A DNA stretch of 64,000 nucleotides from Bacteroidales bacterium (GTDB lineage: Bacteria; Bacteroidota; Bacteroidia; Bacteroidales; UBA3663). A program made the translations under genes and the position numbers. Shown one piece after another: positions 1 to 9,454 of this stretch. Under the pieces are notes generated by a model. It was not told the origin of the DNA, made no database searches, and was given only the letters and a program-made list of their open reading frames with translations. The DNA lies in contig JAZQOF010000012.1 of NCBI GenBank assembly GCA_045627785.1, forward strand, positions 1,238-65,237. The letters are read 5' to 3'. Position 1 is the stretch's first letter; each line of letters opens with the position of its first letter.

Positions 1-99
1 ACTATGTGAATCGTGCAGTTGATTTTACAGAAGAATAATCCTCACATTTATTTTTTGTTTTTTTCTAATAATAAATTGTGAAATTAGTTGATATGCAAT

Positions 100-107
100 T
101 ATATTTG
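100..107 (+). promoter_or_regulatory. candidate Bacteroidetes -7 promoter box (TATATTTG) for the PUL regulator gene
   Basis: Matches the TAnnTTTG consensus 22 nt upstream of the ATG at 130. A weak ATTG lies about 21 nt further upstream. Confidence 0.35.
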
Positions 108-129
108 CAGAAAGAATGAATAAACGCAA

Positions 130-1833
130 ATGAGAAAACTCGGTTTCATATTTCTGTTGTTGTATTTTGCTACCGGCATTTCGTCGGCCGACAATCTTCT
201 GCCTGAAACGGAAGAATGGTTGCAACGTCTCGACTCTGTGATACAACAGCGTCCTGTTTACAATGCAATGAAACAGCAACGGTTGTCGGAACTGCAGAAG
301 AATCAGAACCGCCAACGTACACCTCACGAGATTATAAGTTTTAATAGCTTGCTCTACGATGAGAGTTATGTGTTCGATTCTGATCTCGCTATGAATTGTG
401 TTCTCCAGAACCTTGAAATAGCGAAGCAGCTTGATGATCAGACACTTGTTGTGGAATGGACCATAAAGGAATCTTTTGTCCTTGCCGCAACAGGACTTTT
501 GAAAGAGGCGCTCGATGTTATCAGTCCTTTGGTTATAAGCGATTTGCCAAATTCTATTAAGATTGCATACTATAGTCAGATGAATTATCTGTATAGTCAT
601 TTCGCTCAATATTCTGGTTCCGGAGCTTTGCAGGATCAATATAACGCTCTTGAACGGGTATATAACGACTCTGTACATCAGATTATTACACGCGATGATC
701 CGGATTATCTATGGCACGACGTCTGGTATAAGATAAATACAGGCGACCTGGAATCTACTCGAGAACTGTTGCGCGTGAAGACGGATATGTCGTCTATGAA
801 TACGCGTGAAGATGCGATGGGAGCCTACGCATTGGCAAGTATTTATAGGAATGCCGGTGATGAGGATATGTGTATGAGATACCTCGCAAAATCTGGTATT
901 GCCGATCTTCGTGCCTCAAATAAGGATATAGCTTCAATTCAGGAACTTGCCGAGATGCTGCTCGAAAGAGGAGATATTACGCGCGCGTATATTTATATGA
1001 ATGTGTGTTTGCAGACCTCACAGGAATACCATAACCGTGTGCGTTCGGTAAGTATAGCTCGTGTACACGATAATATCCTTCAGGAGTTCCTCAAGAGAGA
1101 TGAAACGCAAAGAGGAATCTTGAAACGTGCCAATTATTCGCTGATAGTTCTGATTGTGCTTCTTGTGATAGCAATTGCATGGATCGTGACAAATATGGTG
1201 CGACTTAGTCATTCGCGCAAGAAACTGCATGACATGAACAAACAGCTGATGAAAGGTCGTTCGGAACTGTCGCTTGCCAACGAAAGTCTGAAACAGGCAA
1301 ATGAAAGCCTGCAGAAGGTCAATGAAAAGATGCAGTTGACCAATGACCAGTTGAAAGAGTCGAACATAGTTAAGGAAGAATATGTGGGATATGTATTCTC
1401 TATCTGTTCGAACTATATAAGCAAACTCGAGGAATACAGAAAAGATATCAATAGAAAGGCAAAAGCTAAGATGCTGCCGGAGATTCTTGCGTTGACCGAG
1501 AAGCAGACGGTTGTACAGGATGAACTGAAAGAGTTCTATCAGAACTTCGATGCTATCTTCCTTCATATCTATCCAAACTTTATCAATGAGTTCAATGAGC
1601 TTCTTGCACCGGAAGAAAGAATCGAACCAAAGAAAGGAGAGTTACTCAATACCGACCTCCGAATATATGCCTTAGTGCGACTCGGAATTACCGATAGCGT
1701 GAAGATTTCTGAGTTCCTGCATTGTTCGCCACAGACGGTCTATAACAACCGACTGAAGGTTAGAAATAAGGCGATCGTGCCGAAAGAAAACTTTACTGAG
1801 GCTGTGCGTAATCTTGGCAGTGCAACTGATTAA
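130..1833 (+). CDS. PUL-associated membrane regulator, DUF6377-like (periplasmic TPR-like region, one TM helix, coiled coil, C-terminal LuxR/GerE-like HTH)
   Basis: 567-aa ORF. Hydrophobic N-terminus MRKLGFIFLLLYFATGISSA. TM segment YSLIVLIVLLVIAIAWIVTNMV. Heptad-like LSLANESLKQANESLQKVNEKMQLTNDQLKE. C-terminal HTH-like LRIYALVRLGITDSVKISEFLHCSPQTVYNNRLKVRNK. Lies directly upstream of susC/susD. The family name is from memory. Confidence 0.7.
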   Translation: MRKLGFIFLLLYFATGISSADNLLPETEEWLQRLDSVIQQRPVYNAMKQQRLSELQKNQNRQRTPHEIISFNSLLYDESYVFDSDLAMNCVLQNLEIAKQLDDQTLVVEWTIKESFVLAATGLLKEALDVISPLVISDLPNSIKIAYYSQMNYLYSHFAQYSGSGALQDQYNALERVYNDSVHQIITRDDPDYLWHDVWYKINTGDLESTRELLRVKTDMSSMNTREDAMGAYALASIYRNAGDEDMCMRYLAKSGIADLRASNKDIASIQELAEMLLERGDITRAYIYMNVCLQTSQEYHNRVRSVSIARVHDNILQEFLKRDETQRGILKRANYSLIVLIVLLVIAIAWIVTNMVRLSHSRKKLHDMNKQLMKGRSELSLANESLKQANESLQKVNEKMQLTNDQLKESNIVKEEYVGYVFSICSNYISKLEEYRKDINRKAKAKMLPEILALTEKQTVVQDELKEFYQNFDAIFLHIYPNFINEFNELLAPEERIEPKKGELLNTDLRIYALVRLGITDSVKISEFLHCSPQTVYNNRLKVRNKAIVPKENFTEAVRNLGSATD

Positions 1834-1926
1834 ACATCGGGATATTGTACAAAATACCATATTCCTTGTAGCTTACTTTAAGTTTACCGACAAGAAAAAA
1901 TAAAATACTGATAATCAATACAGATG

Positions 1927-1970
1927 TGCAGTAGTAGGTTTACCGATACCTATTACTGCATATTTTATAT
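1927..1970 (+). terminator. rho-independent terminator-like hairpin after the regulator gene
   Basis: 13-bp stem TGCAGTAGTAGGT / ACCTATTACTGCA (one G-U pair) with an 8-nt loop, followed by TATTTTATATTATT. Confidence 0.55.
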
Positions 1971-1985
1971 TATTGTAATTATGCT

Positions 1986-1993
1986 TAACTTTG
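1986..1993 (+). promoter_or_regulatory. candidate -7 promoter box (TAACTTTG) for susC/susD operon
   Basis: TAnnTTTG match downstream of the terminator hairpin, 17 nt before ATG 2010 and 50 nt before ATG 2043. Confidence 0.45.
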
Positions 1994-2009
1994 CACCGCA
2001 ATTTTAATA

Positions 2010-5000
2010 ATGCACAACAAACACAATTCAAATATTAATTCTATGAAAAGTAAATCTCTACAGAAATTAGCGTTCAAGGTTATGATGACTTTGACGCTGA
2101 TGCTTTTCTCTCCATTCAGCGTTTTTGCGCAGAACATGGTAGTGAAGGGCGTTGTGATTGACCAGACAGGAGAACCAGTAATCGGTGCTACTGCCCGTGT
2201 CAAGGGTACCAACAACGGTACAATCACAGATTTCGATGGTAACTTTACTCTTAACGGCGTTAAGCAGGGAGATGCTATCGAATTCTCGTATGTCGGTTAC
2301 GTCCCACAGACAGTTGCCGCTTCTGCAAACATGAACATCGTGCTTGAGGAAGACAACAAGATGCTCGAGGATGTAGTCGTTGTAGGTTATGGTGTTCAGA
2401 AGAAGAGCGTCGTTACAGCAGCCATCGCAAAGGTAAGCAGCGATGACCTCAAGGCTACTTCACCTGTACGTATGGATAATGCCCTCAAGGGTCTTGCTGC
2501 CGGTGTTACTGTAACATCTGCTTCAGGTCAGCCTGGTGAGGCTTCTCGTGTACGTGTACGTGGTATTGGTACAATTAATAATTCTGATCCTCTCTACATC
2601 GTTGACGGTATGCCAATCAGCGGAGGTCTTGACTTCGTTAACCCTAACGATATCGAGTCTATCGAAGTCCTCAAGGATGCTGCTTCTGGTGCAATCTACG
2701 GTGCTCGTGCTGCTAACGGTGTAATCCTCGTTACAACAAAGAAAGGTAAGCAGGGTCGTACAAATGTTACTTACAACGCTTCTTGGGGTTGGGCTTCAGC
2801 TTGGAAGCATCGTGATGTAACAAATGCTACTGAATATGCTGTTCTCCAGAACGAGAAGTATATCAACGGTGGTGCTGCTGCTCCTTTTGCTGATCCATAT
2901 AGCTTGAAGAATGCTATGGGTGAGGCAATTCCAGTAAATGGCGGAACAGATTGGCAGAAGCTCGTATTCAACAACAATGCTCCTGTTGTAAATCACGATA
3001 TCTCTGTAAGTGGTGCTTCTGAGAAGGTTAACTACTATCTTTCTGCAGGTTACTATAGCCAGGAAGGTATCATCGGTGGTAACTACGGTCAGTCAAACTA
3101 TGATCGTCTCACTCTCCGTAGCAATACAATGATCAACCTCTTCGATGAGAGCAAGGAACGTACTTGGCTTAACAAGGCAGATCTTTCCGTTAATGCTTCA
3201 TACATGCGTACTCACAGCACAGGTGTAAGCACTAACTCAGAGTGGGGTTCAATCCTCGGTTCTGCTCTTTATATGTCTCCTGTTCTTACTCCAACAGTTT
3301 GGGGTGACTATGCACAGGGTATGATCGATACTTACAGCAAGTATGATCTCGTACGCGATGAGAACGGCAATCCTTATACTGTTGTAGGTTACGGTGGTTC
3401 TTATCAGGAAATGAACAACCCTCTAGCCTTGATGGCTGGTCAGACTCCAAACAAGAACTGGAGCCATAAGATCGTTCCAAGCGTAAGCCTCGATGTTCAG
3501 TTGTGGGATAACTTGAAGTTCCGCACATCTTTCAATGCAGATATGAGCTTCTGGGGTTATGATGGAGCTGTTAAGAGCCTCTACTATTTCTCTGGTAACA
3601 ACAATACAGATCACACAAGTGCTACATCTTCAAAGAGCTATGGCGTAACTTGGCAGATTGAAAATGTGCTCTCTTACGACAAGACTATCGACAAGCACAC
3701 ATTCGGCGTCGTTCTCGGTCAGTCGGCACTCAAGTCTAAGGGTGATTACCTCGGTGGTAGCCACTGGAACCTCGTAAATGTTGACAAGCCATCTATCGAC
3801 TATACTACAGGTGGTGCAGAAATCACATTCGACGAGAAGACTGGTAATGCTAATGGTGTAAAGGTTCCTTATAGTGTATGGGGTGGTGTGAACACAGAAC
3901 ATCGCATGTCTTCACTCTTCGCTCGTGCTAACTACAACTACGACGAGCGCTACATGGTTCAGTTCACTGTACGTCGTGATGGTTCAAGCCGCTTCGGTTC
4001 TAACAACCGCTACGGTGTGTTCCCTTCATTCTCTCTCGGTTGGAACCTTACTAACGAGGAATATCTCAAGCTCCCAGAATGGATCAGCATGGCTAAACTC
4101 CGTTACAGCTGGGGTAAGAACGGTAACGATAACATCGGTGATTTCCGTTATACAACTCTTACTGCTATGGGTAACAATGTTCTTTTCGGTTCTCCAGCAC
4201 AGATCTTCTACGGTTCGAAGGCTGATAAGACTGCTAACCCAGACCTTAAGTGGGAAGAGTCAGAGCAGAGCGACCTTGGTCTCGATCTCGGTTTCCTCAA
4301 CAACACTGTTACTTTGACTGTTGACTACTTCAACAAGAAGACAAATGGTATGATCATCACAATGCCTATCCCAAGTTACGTTGGTGAAACTAAGCCAGTA
4401 GGTAACGTAGGTGATATGTCAAACCAGGGTGTTGAATTCGAAATCGGTTATAAGGGTCATGTAGGTGACTTCAACTATAACTTCAAGGGTAATATCTCAT
4501 ACATTAAGAATACTGTAAAGAACCTCGGTAACTCAGAAGGTTTCATGCAGATCGATGGTACTTCAGTTCAGTCAATCTCAGACTTCTATGCTCGTGCTGA
4601 AAACGGTATGCCTTACGGTTACTTCTACGGTTACAAGACTGATGGCATCTTCCAGACAATGGCAGAGGTTCAGGCTTACAAGAATGCAGATGGTGGTTTG
4701 ATCATGCCAAATGCTGTTCCTGGTGATGTTCGTTATGTTGATGTTAACGGTGATGGTCAGATCACTTCAGACGACCGTACAAACATCGGTAACGGTAATC
4801 CTGACTGGACATTCGGTTTCAACTTCAATTTCGAATATAAGGGCTTCGACCTCAACGTATTCCTTCAGGGTGTAAGCGGTGCAGATATCTTCGATGGTAC
4901 TTATCGTAACGACGTATTCTCTGGTAACTATCCATCTTGGATGCTCGGCCGTTGGACAGGTGCAGGTACTTCTAACAAGTATCCACGTCTTGCTCTCGGT

Positions 5001-5282
5001 GATACAGAGAACTGGAAGGGTTCTGATATCTATGTTTGCGATGGTTCTTACCTCCGCATGAAGAACCTCAGCCTCGGTTATACAATTCCTTCAAAGTGGA
5101 CTAAGAAGGCATTCATCAGCCGCCTCCGTGTATATGGTATGGTTGATAATCTCTTCACTTGGACTAAGTATTGGGGCTTCGATCCTGAAATTTCTTCAGG
5201 TTCTGGTAACGCTCAGGGTATCGACCGTGGTGTTTATCCACAGCCACGTACTTGGACAGTTGGTCTTAACTTAGCGTTTTAA
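2010..5282 (+). CDS. susC: SusC/RagA-family TonB-dependent outer-membrane transporter
   Basis: 1090-aa ORF. Signal peptide ending FSVFAQN. Carboxypeptidase-regulatory-like domain (VKGVVIDQTGEPVIGATARVKGTNNGTITDFDGNFTL). TonB-box-like DVVVVGYG. Long beta-barrel ending in TWTVGLNLAF. Immediately followed by a SusD-like gene. The internal ATG at 2043 (MKSKSLQKL...) is an equally plausible start. Confidence 0.93.
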   Translation: MHNKHNSNINSMKSKSLQKLAFKVMMTLTLMLFSPFSVFAQNMVVKGVVIDQTGEPVIGATARVKGTNNGTITDFDGNFTLNGVKQGDAIEFSYVGYVPQTVAASANMNIVLEEDNKMLEDVVVVGYGVQKKSVVTAAIAKVSSDDLKATSPVRMDNALKGLAAGVTVTSASGQPGEASRVRVRGIGTINNSDPLYIVDGMPISGGLDFVNPNDIESIEVLKDAASGAIYGARAANGVILVTTKKGKQGRTNVTYNASWGWASAWKHRDVTNATEYAVLQNEKYINGGAAAPFADPYSLKNAMGEAIPVNGGTDWQKLVFNNNAPVVNHDISVSGASEKVNYYLSAGYYSQEGIIGGNYGQSNYDRLTLRSNTMINLFDESKERTWLNKADLSVNASYMRTHSTGVSTNSEWGSILGSALYMSPVLTPTVWGDYAQGMIDTYSKYDLVRDENGNPYTVVGYGGSYQEMNNPLALMAGQTPNKNWSHKIVPSVSLDVQLWDNLKFRTSFNADMSFWGYDGAVKSLYYFSGNNNTDHTSATSSKSYGVTWQIENVLSYDKTIDKHTFGVVLGQSALKSKGDYLGGSHWNLVNVDKPSIDYTTGGAEITFDEKTGNANGVKVPYSVWGGVNTEHRMSSLFARANYNYDERYMVQFTVRRDGSSRFGSNNRYGVFPSFSLGWNLTNEEYLKLPEWISMAKLRYSWGKNGNDNIGDFRYTTLTAMGNNVLFGSPAQIFYGSKADKTANPDLKWEESEQSDLGLDLGFLNNTVTLTVDYFNKKTNGMIITMPIPSYVGETKPVGNVGDMSNQGVEFEIGYKGHVGDFNYNFKGNISYIKNTVKNLGNSEGFMQIDGTSVQSISDFYARAENGMPYGYFYGYKTDGIFQTMAEVQAYKNADGGLIMPNAVPGDVRYVDVNGDGQITSDDRTNIGNGNPDWTFGFNFNFEYKGFDLNVFLQGVSGADIFDGTYRNDVFSGNYPSWMLGRWTGAGTSNKYPRLALGDTENWKGSDIYVCDGSYLRMKNLSLGYTIPSKWTKKAFISRLRVYGMVDNLFTWTKYWGFDPEISSGSGNAQGIDRGVYPQPRTWTVGLNLAF

Positions 5283-5316
5283 TTGATAATTGATAATTGA
5301 TAATTGACAATTATTG
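5281..5316. repeat. AT-rich heptamer tandem repeat (AATTGAT x3, AATTGAC, AATTATT) in the susC-susD spacer
   Basis: Read directly: aattgataattgataattgataattgacaattattg. Its reverse complement shares a 19-nt core (AATTGTCAATTATCAATTA) with the blocks at 22651 and 59548. Confidence 0.9.
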
Positions 5317-5332
5317 AAAATAAGGAAATAAT

Positions 5333-6868
5333 ATGAAAAAACAATATATTCTGATGGCAACCGTAGTAGCAGGTCTTTCATTGGCTAGCTGCTCCGACAG
5401 TTTCCTTGAGATATCAAACCCATCTGGTGAGCCACTTGAGGAATACTATACTACAGACGAACATATTCAGGAGGCTCTTATCGCTGCTTATGATCCTATC
5501 CACTGGCCAGACTGGGGATTGGGACAGTACAATGCTCTCAACATCGATGCTGAGATCATGGGCGACCTCTTCTGGGTAGGCGGTTCTAACCTTTCTGATA
5601 TGCAGAACTGGCATATGCTTTCTAACTTTCAGGCTGACGAGAACAACACACTCTCTTCACTCTGGACAGTAGACTATTCTGGTGTAAAGCGTTGTAATGA
5701 CTTGCTCAACTATCTCGAAAATAACCCTCTCAAGGATGTTTCTGACTCAAACAAGAGACTTTATGAGGCTCAGGGCCGTGCTCTTCGCGTATTCTATTAT
5801 AATATGCTCTGGCACTATTTCGGAAACATTCCTTTCTATCTTGTAAACCTTACAGCTCCTTATACTGCTCCTCAGATTTCTGCTGACGAGGTTTATGACA
5901 AGCTTATTGTCGAGCTCGAAGAAAAGGTTCTTGATATGAAGGTTCTCCCTATGCGTTGGGATGAAGCAAACAGCGGTCGTATCAGCCAGGCTATGGCATA
6001 TATGTTATATGCAGAGATGGTAATGTACCAGAAAGATGAGTCTCGTTACCAGAAGGCTCTCGACTATATGAATGATATCAAGAAATCAGACTATTACTCT
6101 CTCAACCCAGACTATGCAAACCTTTGGGAAGAGTCAGGTGAATGGTGCAAAGAGTCAATCTGGGAAATCAATTATGAAGATGGTAACAACAATCGTGGTT
6201 GGGGCTCTCCACTCGCAACTGGTGGTACAGTTCTTCCTACACTCATCTCTCCAAACTCTTGGCCAGGCGGCGACGGTTGGGATAAGGGTGCCGACGGATG
6301 GGGATTCCTCCCAGTTCGTACTGCAACTTATGATATGTATGCTGAGGGTGACGTTCGTCGTGACGCAACTTGCTGGGATGTTCGTGGCGTTGAATATAAC
6401 AACCGTTATCAGGATACTCACATCTGGTTGAAGAAGTATCGTCCATACACTGCAAACAATGCAGATGCAGGTTTCGATAACAACTTGAACTATAACAACA
6501 ACCTCCGTTACTATCGTTATGCAGAGACATTGCTCAATGCTGCAGAGCTTATGCTGCGTCTTGGTACGGGTGATCCTTTAGCCACTATTAATGAAGTTCG
6601 TAGACGTGCTGGTGTTGCTGAGCTCACTTCTGTTTCTATCGACGATGTCATCGAAGAACGTAAGCTCGAGTTCGTAGGCGAAGGTAAGCGCTACTGGGAT
6701 CTCGTTCGTACAGGCAAGGCAGCGAATGTTCTTGTTCCGACACCATGCGATGGCGTTAATGCAGGCGATCAGGGTCGTGTAGGTACTTGGACTGAGAGCA
6801 AGAAGTATATTCCTATCGCTCAGGCTGAGTTGGATTCAGATCCAGCACTCGTTCAGAATAACTATTAA
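5333..6868 (+). CDS. susD: SusD/RagB-family glycan-binding outer-membrane lipoprotein
   Basis: 511-aa ORF with lipoprotein signal (GLSLASCSD). Position directly after SusC. Typical SusD-like C-terminal region (RKLEFVGEGKRYWDLVRTGKA). Confidence 0.9.
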   Translation: MKKQYILMATVVAGLSLASCSDSFLEISNPSGEPLEEYYTTDEHIQEALIAAYDPIHWPDWGLGQYNALNIDAEIMGDLFWVGGSNLSDMQNWHMLSNFQADENNTLSSLWTVDYSGVKRCNDLLNYLENNPLKDVSDSNKRLYEAQGRALRVFYYNMLWHYFGNIPFYLVNLTAPYTAPQISADEVYDKLIVELEEKVLDMKVLPMRWDEANSGRISQAMAYMLYAEMVMYQKDESRYQKALDYMNDIKKSDYYSLNPDYANLWEESGEWCKESIWEINYEDGNNNRGWGSPLATGGTVLPTLISPNSWPGGDGWDKGADGWGFLPVRTATYDMYAEGDVRRDATCWDVRGVEYNNRYQDTHIWLKKYRPYTANNADAGFDNNLNYNNNLRYYRYAETLLNAAELMLRLGTGDPLATINEVRRRAGVAELTSVSIDDVIEERKLEFVGEGKRYWDLVRTGKAANVLVPTPCDGVNAGDQGRVGTWTESKKYIPIAQAELDSDPALVQNNY

Positions 6869-6882
6869 TATAATTCGAGACA

Positions 6883-9348
6883 ATGAAAAGTACATTAAAA
6901 TATATGCTTAGCGCTCTCTTGGTTGCAGGCTCGCTCGTAGCTTGTTCACCAGAAAAATTCGAGGGCGTGAACGAGGCAGGCGTTCCTCAGGTGAGTGCTT
7001 TCACCAATAGCGTGAAGATTAATGTCGATCAGAGCATTAATCAGGTGAGCCTTACTCTTGATGCTCCAGAGGTATATCCAATCTGGACTATCACATTGCC
7101 AAACGGTAAGGAAGAGAAGTCAACAGTAAACGGCTATACTAAGATTTATACAAACTCTGGTGACTATACAGTTACAGTTTCTGTTGGTAACCGTAACGGT
7201 ATCAGCGATGCTTCATACACTACTACTTTCCACATCGACAACTCTATCGTTGACTTCGGCAAGTACACTACAATGTTGTCTAAGGCTCCTTGGCACATTG
7301 CAAACAAGGAGAAGGGTCACCTCGCATGTGGAGAACCTGGCACAGACGGTACTAACTGGTGGAGTGGCGATGCAGACTGTAAGCTCAATGAGGGCGTTTA
7401 CGACAATGAGTTGACTTTCACAACAGACTTCAAGTACACATTCAATCCTGGTGATCATGGTACTATCTATGTAAATAAGGATGTAACAATCTGGCCAGAT
7501 TTCCGTAACCCGAATGAAGACTTCAACGTACCTGTTGAACTTCAGAATACTGAGTACGGTCTTGAGGTTGACGGTGATGATCTCTATCTCACATTCAAGA
7601 AGGGTACATACTTCCCATACATCGCTAACGATGATATCTGGAACACTCCTAAGTACAAGGTTGTAAACCTCACTACTAAGAAGATGACTCTCCTCATCGA
7701 CAACGGCGCTATCTCATGGCAGTATATCCTCACAACAGAGAACACTGTTGAGAAGGCATTCACAGGCTTCAAGTATGATCAGCCAAACAACATCTGGAAG
7801 AATATTGAGGTTAATGCAGGTGGTATCTATTATGCTGACGGTGGTTGGTCTCCATATCCAGACAATGGCGGTGCAACATTCAATGTAACTAATCAGGAGA
7901 CAACAGTAGCTCTCCCACTTTCTACAGAAGCACAGTGGCAGGCACAGTTCCCTATCCATACCAATGTAGGTCCTGGCAGTGAGTTCATGTCTTCTTCAAA
8001 GACTTATGACTTCTCTTGTGTCATTACTTCGAACAAGGATCTCAATGGTATGACACTCAAACTTGTTGAAACAGGTGATAATGGCGTTCCTGGTTCACTC
8101 GGTATCGCTTATGATACAAATGCTGTATTCTACGACAACTCAACAAACCTCAAGGCATACGAGGATTATGTATTCTATGTAGTAGATAAGAAGGGTGTTG
8201 ATATTCAGGATAACATCCTCCAGCTTGTTCTCGACTTTGGTGGCTGTGACGCTGAAACAGAGGTGACAATAAAGAACATTGTTCTCATTGACCACGCTCT
8301 CAATACTGAACTCGATAAGCTTCCAAGTGATGATCCAGAAGAGCCGCTGCCAGTTGGCCCACAGGTTGACTGGACAGGTGCAAACCTCCTCTCTGGTATG
8401 AATGTAAACATCTCGCAGTACTATGCTCCAGGTTGGGCACAGATTGATGATGCAGAATACACTGCAGAGAATGGTGTATATACTATCACATATCCTTCTC
8501 CAGCATCAGATCAGTGGATGGCTCAGTTCACATTTAATAACACAGGTATCACTCTTGATCCAGATAAGAGCTATGACTTCCGCGTTAAACTTACTTCTAC
8601 AACAGATCATCCAGGCGTAACAGTTAAGCTTACTCAGCAGGATGATGATAACACTTACATTACAGCAGATCGTCACGCTCTCGTAGCATTCGAAGAGACT
8701 TGGGTAGAACTTGCAGATCTTAAGTTTATCGTTGGTAAGGATGGTAAGGGTGTGATTACAGACCTTAAGATGCCATTCGATTTCGGCGGTATTGAAGCTG
8801 GTACAGTTATTACAATCAGCGATATGCACCTCCAGGAACACAAGGAAAAGGCAGGAGCTGGTGCTACTGACTGGAATGGTACAAATCTCCTCGCATCAAT
8901 GCCTGTAGATCTCTCGCAGTACTACGCTCCAGGTTGGGCTCAGATCGATAATGCTGAATATACTGCAGATGGTGGCACTTACAACATCTATTATCCTTTT
9001 GCAACTTCAGATCAGTGGATGGCACAGTTCACATTCAATAATATTGGTGTGACACTTGATCCAGAGAAGAGCTATGACTTCCGCGTTAAGCTGACATCTA
9101 CTAAAGATCACCCAGGTGTAACAGTTAAGCTCACTCAGCAGGATGATGATAACACATTTATCACTGCCGATCGACATGCTCTCGCAGCTTACGAAGAAAC
9201 TTGGATTGAACTTGTAGATCTTAATTTTTTCGTTGGTAAAGATGGTAAGGGTGTAATCAATAACCTCAAGATTGTATATGACTTCGGCGGAAATGCAGAA
9301 GGTACTGAAGTTATAATCAGTGATATGCATCTTCAGGAACACAAGTAA
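6883..9348 (+). CDS. surface glycan-binding lipoprotein (SGBP-B-like) with PKD-like N-terminal domain and two tandem C-terminal CBM-like modules
   Basis: 821-aa ORF with lipobox LVACS. Occupies the position after SusD that is typical of PUL SGBPs. Contains two 159-aa modules that are highly similar to each other. Confidence 0.7.
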   Translation: MKSTLKYMLSALLVAGSLVACSPEKFEGVNEAGVPQVSAFTNSVKINVDQSINQVSLTLDAPEVYPIWTITLPNGKEEKSTVNGYTKIYTNSGDYTVTVSVGNRNGISDASYTTTFHIDNSIVDFGKYTTMLSKAPWHIANKEKGHLACGEPGTDGTNWWSGDADCKLNEGVYDNELTFTTDFKYTFNPGDHGTIYVNKDVTIWPDFRNPNEDFNVPVELQNTEYGLEVDGDDLYLTFKKGTYFPYIANDDIWNTPKYKVVNLTTKKMTLLIDNGAISWQYILTTENTVEKAFTGFKYDQPNNIWKNIEVNAGGIYYADGGWSPYPDNGGATFNVTNQETTVALPLSTEAQWQAQFPIHTNVGPGSEFMSSSKTYDFSCVITSNKDLNGMTLKLVETGDNGVPGSLGIAYDTNAVFYDNSTNLKAYEDYVFYVVDKKGVDIQDNILQLVLDFGGCDAETEVTIKNIVLIDHALNTELDKLPSDDPEEPLPVGPQVDWTGANLLSGMNVNISQYYAPGWAQIDDAEYTAENGVYTITYPSPASDQWMAQFTFNNTGITLDPDKSYDFRVKLTSTTDHPGVTVKLTQQDDDNTYITADRHALVAFEETWVELADLKFIVGKDGKGVITDLKMPFDFGGIEAGTVITISDMHLQEHKEKAGAGATDWNGTNLLASMPVDLSQYYAPGWAQIDNAEYTADGGTYNIYYPFATSDQWMAQFTFNNIGVTLDPEKSYDFRVKLTSTKDHPGVTVKLTQQDDDNTFITADRHALAAYEETWIELVDLNFFVGKDGKGVINNLKIVYDFGGNAEGTEVIISDMHLQEHK
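8368..9345 (+). repeat. in-frame tandem duplication (2 x 477 nt, period 501 nt) inside the SGBP gene
   Basis: Copy 1 (8368-8844) is DWTGANLL...ISDMHLQEHK. Copy 2 (8869-9345) is DWNGTNLL...ISDMHLQEHK. They share long identical stretches such as SQYYAPGWAQID, SDQWMAQFTFNN and HPGVTVKLTQQDDDNT. Confidence 0.95.
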
Positions 9349-9380
9349 ATAGTTTTGAGATATACAAGTTGATTAATTAG

Positions 9381-9435
9381 GCAGTCCGGGGAGGTCTCCC
9401 TATAGGATTTCTCTGGATTGCTTTATATATTATTT
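9381..9435 (+). terminator. rho-independent terminator-like hairpin after the SGBP gene
   Basis: 12-bp stem GCAGTCCGGGGA / TCTCTGGATTGC (3 G-U pairs) followed by TTTATATATTATTT. The loop contains GGATTTCTC, the reverse complement of GAGAAATCC. Confidence 0.6.
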
Positions 9436-9454
9436 AGTAGATTTCCAATTCATT

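Noticed and set aside
2010-2042. The N-terminal 11 codons of the SusC ORF (MHNKHNSNINS) considered as genuine coding sequence
   Set aside because: This is unresolved rather than rejected. The internal ATG at 2043 gives a more typical signal peptide, but both starts lie downstream of the candidate promoter. I reported the longest ORF and noted the alternative.
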